Translations under genes and position numbers: made by a program
The notes under the pieces: generated by a model
The model's input: the letters and a program-made list of their open reading frames with translations, nothing else
Databases searched by the model: none
What the model was told of the DNA's origin: nothing
Virus record (IMG/VR): IMGVR_UViG_3300045974_000152
Coordinates: 1-43,262 of that record
Origin: a virus
Length of the DNA: 43,262 bases
Strand: one strand, 5' to 3'
Shown: one piece after another, positions 32,592-39,896 of the stretch
Numbering within the stretch: the first letter of the stretch is position 1
How the letters are laid out: each line of letters begins with the position of its first letter

Positions 32592-34400
32592 CTAGTCCTC
32601 CCATTTCGTCATTATACCACTGCTCTCGGCCTTAAGAGCTACGGTCAGGTTTATATCCTCTCCCACCTTTTTCATCGCGTCAAGGAGGATTTTTTCGCCT
32701 TCTTCGGCTTTCTCTTTTTTGACTTGGATAACAATTTCGTCGTGGACGCTAAATAAAGCTCGTCCAATTCCGCGATGTCGAAGCATTTCGTCTGCAAGAT
32801 ATAAAGCCCTGCTAGTACAATCCGATCCCGTACCTTGCACAAGCGCGTTCCAAGCTTGTCTGTAGGCAGAGTCCCAAGCTTGTCGTTTACGGACATCAAA
32901 ACGGCGCCGACGTCCAAAAGGGTTAATGATAGGTTCTCCATCATCAACTCGTCTTGCGCACTCATCCATAACCTTTTTCTGGCCGGAGTAAGTTTCCCAG
33001 TACTTGTCATATGCTTCTTTCCCCTTTTGCTCGTTAACACCTAAGACCTTGGAAACTTTATAATGACTGCACCCGTACTGCATTCCGAAGTTGACGGTTT
33101 TCGCAAGGTTTCGGGGTATATTAAGTGAAGCTGCTGTAATGTCATGCTGGGATATTCCCTCATTAACAATTCGAAGAAGGTTCTCATCTCGGGTAAAGTG
33201 CGCAGATAGACACACTTCCAGTTGCGAGAAGTCTGCGGAGATGAAGACGGTCCCCGGGTCTGGAACGAACATTCCACGTATGCCACCCGTTCGGGGGAGA
33301 TTCCCCATGTTAGGGTTTGAGTGAGAAATGCGTCCAGTTGCGGTACCGGCAACGTTGAAAGAAGGGTAAATTCTTCCTTCAACCATTCTCTCCAGAGTGC
33401 CCTCGATATACGTTCCATAGATCTTGTTCGCCTCTCTATATTGCTGGATCATGTCGATAACAGGGTGCTTGTCCTTGATCTTCTCGAGCGAGTCATAGTC
33501 CACGCTGACAGACTTAGTCTTCTCGTTCTTCTGCACGGGTAATCCAAGCTTATCGTACAGTAGCGCAATAAGCTGCTTCGGGCTATCGAACGAAAACGTG
33601 GGACGTACCACCCGGGATTTACCCGCCTCAGTCTTCAGCTTGTCGATCTTCGCAATCCAGTCGTCACACTCGACTATAGAGATTTCGTCCGCAACCGCCT
33701 GGCGCATCTGAGGAAGAAGCCTCTCAATAGTCGTCTTAAGCTCCATGCCTTTTTGCATGAGGTAGGAAACGTCGATGGCGATTCCTGCGATTTCAGTACT
33801 GAGTAGTGAACGCTGGAGCGCGTGCACATGGGAAACAAGAGATTCTGGAACTCCTCCGGAGTGTAAACCCTCCCGGAATAGGTTATAGAGTCGTAAGGTA
33901 TAAGATACGTCTTTTCCATTATACGCTGCAAGTTCTTCTTCCGGCGCATCTTCCGCCTTTTTATACTTGCCCCAGAACTGCGTTTTGTAGTCGTCATTGA
34001 AGTACCTTTCTACGAGTGCTCCGAGTCCGTGCTCTCCGTTTTCGTCGAGGAGGTGGGATAGGATGAGTGTGTCGCTATAATCCACAGCAAGTACGCTAAG
34101 ATCGCACCCAGCCCAAGCAAGATGGCGAAGATCGAACGAAGCGTTGTGAAAAATGTACTTAAGTCCTGAGGGTCCTGTATTAAGTTCATGTAACATCTCC
34201 GGCCCGAAGAAGGCCACGTCATTCGCAGTCGGCCCTGTTACCGCCGCGCTAATAATCTTATCGGACCGTGTTAACCCCGTAGTCTCGATGTCGAGCGCAA
34301 CAGTGTCCTGGCCTTCCCTGGCCGTGTCCTCGAGCCAACCCCGTAGCTCCCCCGGTTTAGTGAGTTTAGTAATCTTAATCAAAGTGGATACCCGCCTCAA
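32592..34400 (-). CDS. Family A DNA polymerase with 3'-5' exonuclease domain
   Basis: 602 aa. Exo motifs ALDIETTG, HNASFDLRHL, YNGKDVSY. Pol motif A ISADFSQLEV, motif B RNLAKTVNFGMQYG, motif C SVHDEIV. Only TTG starts are available (34400 or 34382). Confidence 0.9.
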   Translation of the reverse strand: MRRVSTLIKITKLTKPGELRGWLEDTAREGQDTVALDIETTGLTRSDKIISAAVTGPTANDVAFFGPEMLHELNTGPSGLKYIFHNASFDLRHLAWAGCDLSVLAVDYSDTLILSHLLDENGEHGLGALVERYFNDDYKTQFWGKYKKAEDAPEEELAAYNGKDVSYTLRLYNLFREGLHSGGVPESLVSHVHALQRSLLSTEIAGIAIDVSYLMQKGMELKTTIERLLPQMRQAVADEISIVECDDWIAKIDKLKTEAGKSRVVRPTFSFDSPKQLIALLYDKLGLPVQKNEKTKSVSVDYDSLEKIKDKHPVIDMIQQYREANKIYGTYIEGTLERMVEGRIYPSFNVAGTATGRISHSNPNMGNLPRTGGIRGMFVPDPGTVFISADFSQLEVCLSAHFTRDENLLRIVNEGISQHDITAASLNIPRNLAKTVNFGMQYGCSHYKVSKVLGVNEQKGKEAYDKYWETYSGQKKVMDECARRVDDGEPIINPFGRRRRFDVRKRQAWDSAYRQAWNALVQGTGSDCTSRALYLADEMLRHRGIGRALFSVHDEIVIQVKKEKAEEGEKILLDAMKKVGEDINLTVALKAESSGIMTKWED

Positions 34401-34884
34401 ATACGAGATAATCTCTACCCTTATTAGGCATAGCTAATCCCGCACTGGAAATGTGATTATACCCTATGCTCATGAAGCTGTCCGTATCCCGCATACCAAA
34501 ACCGACGTCTGTGCAGAACTGCCCAAAGCCCCCCAGTACAGTATCCCGTGTCGTCATCAGGCAGGGGCCTATGAATGCCTTACCAAATACGCCCTCTTTC
34601 TGTCCCGGCTTAATTCCGAGTTGTGCCTTAAATAATCCCGCGCTTTTCCGACCATTACCGCCGTTATCGACGTAGCCCCCACCCTCAAACCCCGTATGAA
34701 TACCTTCCCATACGTACTCCTCACGGCGTAGTCCAAAGATCTTACTGGACCCGTCCGTAGTACCGTTCTGGATACTAGGTCCGAAATGTAAGCCCCAATC
34801 CGCTGCTAACACACCTCTAGCGCCTAGTACACATACTGCTGTAAGGAGTAACGTAAACACTATCAGTTTTGTCCGTTCTGACAT
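34375..34884 (-). CDS. pagL: PagL-like outer-membrane lipid A 3-O-deacylase
   Basis: 169 aa. Signal peptide MSERTKLIVFTLLLTAVCVLGARGVLA. The C-terminal IGYNHISSAGLAMPNKGRDYLVF aligns with the P. aeruginosa PagL active-site region as I recall it (AIHYSNAGLKQPNDGIESYSLF; His/Ser). Size matches (about 170 aa). Confidence 0.6.
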   Translation of the reverse strand: MSERTKLIVFTLLLTAVCVLGARGVLAADWGLHFGPSIQNGTTDGSSKIFGLRREEYVWEGIHTGFEGGGYVDNGGNGRKSAGLFKAQLGIKPGQKEGVFGKAFIGPCLMTTRDTVLGGFGQFCTDVGFGMRDTDSFMSIGYNHISSAGLAMPNKGRDYLVFEAGIHFD

Positions 34885-34895
34885 AATACCTCTAG

Positions 34896-34941
34896 AGTGA
34901 AAAATGCCAGAGGGAACACATCCTGTGTAACGTCCTCTGGC
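34896..34941 (-). terminator. Hairpin + T5 (terminator or attenuator) upstream of the PagL-like gene
   Basis: 8-bp stem gccagagg/cctctggc with inner acaca/tgtgt. On the minus strand it is followed by ATTTTTCAC. Confidence 0.4.
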
Positions 34942-35042
34942 TAGGGTGAGCGACTGGCAAGGGCGCTCCGGTTAACTTATGTGCAGTCTCTCCTGCTGTC
35001 ACCGAGGCTCACGCGGTCTGTCCCGGCGCGCGGGCGTAAATC

Positions 35043-35330
35043 TTAAAGTCCGCTGTCCCCGTCGTTTGCAGCTTGCATACGGGTACGCTCTTCAGCAAGA
35101 AGGTCGGCGGTAACGGCTTCTAGAAAGAAATCCGGAAACTTCTCGCCCTTCTCCTGCTTAGTCTTAGGATTAGTAGCCTTTACTGCAAGCTTACCGCCTA
35201 CTGCGGCCTGAATTGCTGCGCAAGCTTTATCAGCGTATTCCTGGGAGAGAATCGCGCTGCGTGAGTTTCCTGCAGTTTTAGTTGCGTATAGTCCTACTAC
35301 AGTAATCGGGTACTTCTTATCATTTGCCAT
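35043..35330 (-). CDS. Hypothetical protein (95 aa) with acidic tail
   Basis: Track ORF ending ...QAANDGDSGL. Adjacent to the annealase gene. An SSB-like role is speculation. Confidence 0.6.
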   Translation of the reverse strand: MANDKKYPITVVGLYATKTAGNSRSAILSQEYADKACAAIQAAVGGKLAVKATNPKTKQEKGEKFPDFFLEAVTADLLAEERTRMQAANDGDSGL

Positions 35331-36045
35331 TCGCTAGTCCTTCCAGTGTTTCGTTTAGTTCCTTAGCTTGAGTATCGCTTAACGCTTCTTTTGAGTCAAC
35401 AGAATATTTCGTCTTGATCATCGCTTTTAGTTCTTCAACCGTCTTCAACTTCTTTGCGATAACCACACGTGAGATAGCCCCGATCTTCTTATTAAGAACG
35501 TCGCGGTTAGTCTCACTTACCGCTAATACAGCCATAGCGGGGGCGTGGTTTTCAAGTGCCTTTTCTGCGGCCTTAACAAACGCGGTTTTCGGCGCTTCGT
35601 CAATAAATTCCCCAGACTTGTCGTAAAGTCCGAGGCCCATACTGATACCAAGTTTCATAGCTGCACGCTTAAGAGCATCGGATTCAGCCTCTTTAGTAGC
35701 CATCTCGTGAGGGTTAAGCTTTGACTTATCACTTCCCCACCCAGTACCCTCTTTAATGACCGTTGTATACCCGATCAACTCCCCGTCGCTCGATAGCGCG
35801 GGAACGCTGACCTTAATACGTACTTTTGCAACGTATGCTGGAAGCTGCTCACCTGTGCTAACAAGCCGCATTTCAACGGTTTCTGAGTCCCACCCAAGAT
35901 TACCAAAAACCTTGTTAAGGCGGTCAATTACGTACCACGAAGCAAGATAAGAAAGGGATTTAGACCCCCCTGCGCTACGCTGTTCAACGGCTTCACGTGG
36001 AATGTTACTCTCTAAGTCTTTTTCGACTTCTTCACGAGTTCTCAT
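35320..36045 (-). CDS. Rad52/Sak-like single-strand annealing protein
   Basis: 241 aa. LSYLASWYVIDRLNKVFGNLGWDSE and ESDALKRAAMKLGISMGLGLY fit the Rad52_Rad22 family pattern. Confidence 0.65.
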   Translation of the reverse strand: MRTREEVEKDLESNIPREAVEQRSAGGSKSLSYLASWYVIDRLNKVFGNLGWDSETVEMRLVSTGEQLPAYVAKVRIKVSVPALSSDGELIGYTTVIKEGTGWGSDKSKLNPHEMATKEAESDALKRAAMKLGISMGLGLYDKSGEFIDEAPKTAFVKAAEKALENHAPAMAVLAVSETNRDVLNKKIGAISRVVIAKKLKTVEELKAMIKTKYSVDSKEALSDTQAKELNETLEGLANGK

Positions 36046-36287
36046 TTGTTCTCCTTTTTCATCTGTGAATATACTTTACGCGTTAGTGCTCTATTAGGTG
36101 CGTCTCGGTAAACTTGCTCGGTGCGGTCGTACTCAAGGGTGCCGTCTTGTAATTTAGTTACATAATGCCCTTCGTTCATGATCGGTAGCCCGTCCTTATC
36201 GTATGCATATTGACGGTGATACGCTGGGGGTGATTTAGTCCGCCGCTTCCAGAATGGTTTATTTAACGCCTTTGCTCTACTGCTCAT
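36042..36287 (-). CDS. Hypothetical basic protein (81 aa)
   Basis: ATGA coupling at both ends. Confidence 0.6.
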   Translation of the reverse strand: MSSRAKALNKPFWKRRTKSPPAYHRQYAYDKDGLPIMNEGHYVTKLQDGTLEYDRTEQVYRDAPNRALTRKVYSQMKKENK

Positions 36288-36862
36288 AATGTCTCCCTTA
36301 GTTCGTTATTAAACTTTGCACTTTCTTCGATTATTTTGCAAGTAGTATTTTCATCAGGTTCAACGGCGATCAAATGAATTTCTCCGCTAACGTCATCTCG
36401 CATACACATAAATGCTAGGTCGATTTTAGCTACTAACATCTGCGCCAAGATCTGCACACGGTACGGCTCCCACACTTCGTAGTTACGTGCCATCTCGAGC
36501 TTCCCCTTAGCCCACGAGTTCTTAGTCTCTATGATAACCCCGTGCTCGAAGTTAACGCAGTCAATAGACGCTAGTATACCGAGTTCCTCGTCAAGGAGGA
36601 CACACGGCTCGAACTTCATCCCAAGTTTAGCTTCAGCCCACACCCGTAATTCGGCCTCGATTTCATGGCCACGTGCGAACATCGCGGTAGTGTACTCGTC
36701 GCGCTGTTTCTCCTCCCCTGAAGACTTGGACTCCAGTAGCTTCTTACGTGACCCGTATGCACCCTTAACCTTAAGGATAGCAGCCATCTCGGACGCGGTG
36801 GCGTACTTACGTCTAAGAGCTAACCACTCCGGTGAACCTTGGGCTACGTCGATAATCTTCAT
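36284..36862 (-). CDS. YqaJ-like (lambda Exo-type) recombination exonuclease
   Basis: 192 aa. QGSPEWLALRRKYATASE, GHEIE, SIDC and IIETK motifs of the PD-(D/E)xK YqaJ family. Confidence 0.7.
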   Translation of the reverse strand: MKIIDVAQGSPEWLALRRKYATASEMAAILKVKGAYGSRKKLLESKSSGEEKQRDEYTTAMFARGHEIEAELRVWAEAKLGMKFEPCVLLDEELGILASIDCVNFEHGVIIETKNSWAKGKLEMARNYEVWEPYRVQILAQMLVAKIDLAFMCMRDDVSGEIHLIAVEPDENTTCKIIEESAKFNNELRETL

Positions 36863-37038
36863 TCTCCCCTGCCTTTAAAGACGTCTTCACCAGCCTGCAA
36901 CGTGCCTTCGATCAAATCCATTAAGGTGGCCTCTGGAAACTCTCCCGCCAACCACCGCTCAACTAACTGTTCAAATTTAGGTTTGAGTTCAGTTTCCACG
37001 ACGTGTTTAACATAGTCTTCCCACGCCCCGTCGCTCAT
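36859..37038 (-). CDS. Hypothetical acidic protein (59 aa, below cutoff)
   Basis: Hand translated as MSDGAWEDYVKHVVETELKPKFEQLVERWLAGEFPEATLMDLIEGTLQAGEDVFKGRGE. ATGA at both ends. Confidence 0.55.
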   Translation of the reverse strand: MSDGAWEDYVKHVVETELKPKFEQLVERWLAGEFPEATLMDLIEGTLQAGEDVFKGRGE

Positions 37039-37385
37039 GTTTTCCTCGCGCTTTCCACTGGGCCGGCTTCGAGGTCGGCAAGAAAATCCTCGATCGGCTC
37101 ATCCACCGTTTCGACCATTTCAATAACGTGTTTAGCCCTCTCCAGCATTCGATCTTGCCACTCGGCTAGCTTGCGAAGTTGAATCTTTTCCTGAATGTCT
37201 TTTGCAAGCAGGGCCTTAGCCTGGGTGAGTTCGGATTCTAGGAGGCGAATGCGTTCAAACGGGCCAACATGGTTTGGGTTCTCTACCCTACTTTTTAGAA
37301 TAGACTCTCGAATGCACTCACGGGTGTGACACGCAGGGCGACATCCCGGATCACGCTCGCAATAGTCCTTTTCTTTCGTATTCAT
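37035..37385 (-). CDS. Coiled-coil protein (116 aa)
   Basis: Track ORF trimmed to the ATG at 37385, which forms an ATGA overlap with the upstream stop. Confidence 0.6.
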   Translation of the reverse strand: MNTKEKDYCERDPGCRPACHTRECIRESILKSRVENPNHVGPFERIRLLESELTQAKALLAKDIQEKIQLRKLAEWQDRMLERAKHVIEMVETVDEPIEDFLADLEAGPVESARKT

Positions 37386-37573
37386 CGCAGAGCCTCCGGG
37401 TTCATTTCGCTTGGGTGGTCTGTCATCTGAACTGGAGTGAGTGTCGTGCATTCCTCAAGATCTGGAAGCGTGTCAACGTGCGGATAGAGATAGATTCGAG
37501 CGGGGCACCCATCGCCTAAATCACAGCGTTCGTATGCCAATTCTAGGTCTGCTTTTCGGATATAAAACTTCAT
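37382..37573 (-). CDS. Hypothetical protein (63 aa)
   Basis: GAGGGA SD. Confidence 0.55.
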   Translation of the reverse strand: MKFYIRKADLELAYERCDLGDGCPARIYLYPHVDTLPDLEECTTLTPVQMTDHPSEMNPEALR

Positions 37574-37609
37574 ACTGTCCCTCTACCTTTGTGGAGCCCC
37601 AGAAACCGT

Positions 37610-37855
37610 TTATTCGGGGTTCTCGTCAGAAACAAAAGGGCATTCGCAAAGAATGCGCTCACAGCCACTGCATAGAGTTGCTTCTTCTCGCCCATGTTTT
37701 ATTCCGGCTTCAAAAGACTTTATGACTAAATCCTCTACGTCATGGGAAAGTTCGTAATTAGGATAAACCTTCTCATTGAAATACTTTATTGCCGCTTCTA
37801 CATCTTTTTCATCCTGCGTAGTCTCTTGTGGAATGTGGGTTAAATCGTCGGTCAT
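37610..37855 (-). CDS. Acidic protein with C-terminal Cys cluster (81 aa)
   Basis: CSGCERILCECPF. ATGA-coupled to the methyltransferase gene. Confidence 0.6.
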   Translation of the reverse strand: MTDDLTHIPQETTQDEKDVEAAIKYFNEKVYPNYELSHDVEDLVIKSFEAGIKHGREEATLCSGCERILCECPFVSDENPE

Positions 37856-38643
37856 GCTTTCCTCGCACTTAAAATAATTGTATGTTGATAGTTGATTTCG
37901 TCGCCGTTTCCCTGACTAACAGTAGCCCGCCCGGCTAATTTATGCAACTCATATTCATTAACGTCAACACCCTTCTCTCGTAACCCGTTAGCGATCTCCT
38001 TACAGATACCGAACATCACAGGGCAGTAATGCCCGTCAGCTCCGGTGTGCTTCTCGATCACAAACCCGCACTCGTTTAGGAACCGCTTATGGGTCGCATA
38101 GTTGTAGTGCCGGATATGCTCAAAAGTCCAGTGTGCCTCAGCCGTCTGCATTACACGGCGGAATGACTCCAGGTGGTTAGTGATCCAGTCAAAATTAGGC
38201 GTACTTAGTACATACAGACCGTCACGCTTCAGGAGGCGTTTAACTTCCCGATGCACTACCCGCAAGTCCCAGAGGTGCTCTAACACCTCGGACGTAATGA
38301 CCGCGTCGAAGTACCCGTCATCCCAGGGGTAGGGTGGCTTCATTAAATCGTGCTCTTGGAGGTGATTTTCAAAGTCTTCTTTACCACGAAATCTAGGTGC
38401 GGCTTTCTCCGTATTGATGTCTACCCCGTACCATTCAAACTCAGGCATCAGTTCGGCAAACACCGCGTCCCCACACCCAACGTCTAGCACCTTAGCCCCG
38501 GGCTTTAACTCAGCGCGTAGCCAGTCACAGAACACCTGCATACGTGACGTCTGGGCTTGATTAGCACCGAGGTACGCAACGTCACCTTTGTCCTTGTAGT
38601 AGTTCTTGTAATATTCCATATCGGACGACCGGTAATCACTCAT
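37852..38643 (-). CDS. Class I SAM-dependent methyltransferase (not an obvious DNA MTase)
   Basis: 263 aa. Motif I VLDVGCGDAVFAE, then DAVITSEVLEHL. No DPPY/NPPY or PCQ motif seen. Confidence 0.7.
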   Translation of the reverse strand: MSDYRSSDMEYYKNYYKDKGDVAYLGANQAQTSRMQVFCDWLRAELKPGAKVLDVGCGDAVFAELMPEFEWYGVDINTEKAAPRFRGKEDFENHLQEHDLMKPPYPWDDGYFDAVITSEVLEHLWDLRVVHREVKRLLKRDGLYVLSTPNFDWITNHLESFRRVMQTAEAHWTFEHIRHYNYATHKRFLNECGFVIEKHTGADGHYCPVMFGICKEIANGLREKGVDVNEYELHKLAGRATVSQGNGDEINYQHTIILSARKA

Positions 38644-39071
38644 TTTGACTCTCCGTTTTTAACAAGTAACTTAGGTATCGCCAGAACCTTCATATTAAGC
38701 GCAATCCGCTCCTCAAGCTGTTCAATGCGGCTCAGCATCATAGGATCTTTTGACTTAAGATCCTTTCTCTGATCTTCTGTGAGGTTACTGACATGTGGGA
38801 TAGCACTTAGTAAGTTTTCTGACAAAGACTTAAAATAGTCGTCGGCTTTCTCGTCTCTATCCAAAAGCTCTCTTTCCGTGATTTTAAATTCATTCCTGGA
38901 GTTAGAATCGTCAGATTTAAACCAAATCTCGTTTGACCCCATCCACTCGTACTCAACCCTAGAGTAGCCTCTGGGTATAGTATTTATAGCTCTCTCTAGT
39001 GAAGAGCATACGTAAAGTATGTCGCTATTGTCGTGATAAGGCTCTTCCGTAACGATATATACTTTACTCAT
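38640..39071 (-). CDS. Hypothetical protein (143 aa)
   Basis: ATGA coupling at both ends. Confidence 0.65.
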   Translation of the reverse strand: MSKVYIVTEEPYHDNSDILYVCSSLERAINTIPRGYSRVEYEWMGSNEIWFKSDDSNSRNEFKITERELLDRDEKADDYFKSLSENLLSAIPHVSNLTEDQRKDLKSKDPMMLSRIEQLEERIALNMKVLAIPKLLVKNGESK

Positions 39072-39115
39072 AATCGCGTTTCCTTGGTTTCGTTATAATC
39101 GTCGGGCAGGTTCAT
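39068..39115 (-). CDS. Coupling micro-ORF (15 aa) MNLPDDYNETKETRL
   Basis: Bounded by ATGA overlaps at both ends (39112-39115 and 39068-39071). Confidence 0.3.
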   Translation of the reverse strand: MNLPDDYNETKETRL

Positions 39116-39261
39116 TGCCAGATCTCCTTCTTCGCCACACACTGTTCAATCCATACAATACGCGCACCACGCTCTCGGTCCGCCTCGCTCATGAACTTGA
39201 CCACAGGACGCACGGTTAACGCTGTCCACTCCTGAGAACACAGTAACATCAAAAGCGTCAT
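39112..39261 (-). CDS. Small protein (49 aa, below cutoff)
   Basis: Hand translated as MTLLMLLCSQEWTALTVRPVVKFMSEADRERGARIVWIEQCVAKKEIWQ. ATGA at both ends. Confidence 0.45.
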   Translation of the reverse strand: MTLLMLLCSQEWTALTVRPVVKFMSEADRERGARIVWIEQCVAKKEIWQ

Positions 39262-39545
39262 GATGTCAGCTCCTTAATTGCAGCCATTACCTTAGCGCAT
39301 TCGTCTTTGGTCAGTTCACGCTCCGCAGCACGATACGCCATGGACGAACAGACCATCTGCGCCTTAGTGGTAGCTATCGTGTACAACTCCTTGTGTTTAC
39401 GTAAAAGCGTTACTGCAATAGTACACTCCTCAGCCGGTTCAGGCTTGGAATCTTTAGGTTTATACTGTTTTACTGGTCCTGCCCCCTTATCTTCTGCTAA
39501 CTTAGCTAACTCTCTTGCCCGCTTCAGTTTACTGTTTTTACTCAT
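39258..39545 (-). CDS. First gene of the leftward early operon (95 aa, Lys-rich)
   Basis: Track ORF 39258..39653 trimmed to the ATG at 39545. The longer GTG form would run through both divergent promoters. Confidence 0.55.
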   Translation of the reverse strand: MSKNSKLKRARELAKLAEDKGAGPVKQYKPKDSKPEPAEECTIAVTLLRKHKELYTIATTKAQMVCSSMAYRAAERELTKDECAKVMAAIKELTS

Positions 39546-39551
39546 ACCTCT

Positions 39552-39580
39552 AATATGGCATAAGTACATTTCTGGGTCAA
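39552..39580 (-). promoter_or_regulatory. Leftward promoter candidate TTGACC-17-CATATT
   Basis: -35 is the reverse complement of 39575-39580 and -10 that of 39552-39557. The A of the ATG at 39545 falls at the expected +1, suggesting a leaderless transcript. Confidence 0.4.
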
Positions 39581-39595
39581 TACAATACTTAGTGC

Positions 39596-39625
39596 TTGAC
39601 ATCAAAGTACAAAGGTTTGTATAAT
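39596..39625 (+). promoter_or_regulatory. Rightward consensus sigma70-type promoter TTGACA-18-TATAAT
   Basis: Both hexamers match the consensus exactly. It lies 15 bp from the leftward -35. Confidence 0.6.
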
Positions 39626-39655
39626 TTAAAGAACGCACCGAGAACACGGTCACGA

Positions 39656-39699
39656 TCTACACTATCCGTGTAGACCGCGCCCTAACCAAAGCGGTCTAC
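39656..39699. promoter_or_regulatory. Overlapping mutually exclusive dyads (operator or RNA switch)
   Basis: tctacac-tatcc-gtgtaga (39656-39674) shares gtaga with gtagaccgc-N12-gcggtctac (39670-39699). Confidence 0.45.
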
Positions 39700-39896
39700 T
39701 ACACCGTAACCATTATACACATACTTTCTTACTTAAGGATACGTGTATGTTTTCAACATACGATCGTATTATACGGTAATACGAATAATGTATTTTTATA
39801 CGATAAAGCGTATTATAAAGTACTATATATTATAATACATAATTGTATTGACACGGATATAGTTTATTGGTACGTTATATAGAGGAGAAACGTAAC

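Noticed and set aside
33041-33418. Alternative-frame ORFs (60-125 aa) within the DNA polymerase gene
   Set aside because: They are off-frame within an ORF that carries all the exonuclease and polymerase motifs.
39258-39653. Long (131-aa, GTG-initiated) form of the first block B gene
   Set aside because: It would run through both divergent promoters and has no SD. The ATG at 39545 sits exactly at the predicted +1 of the leftward promoter.
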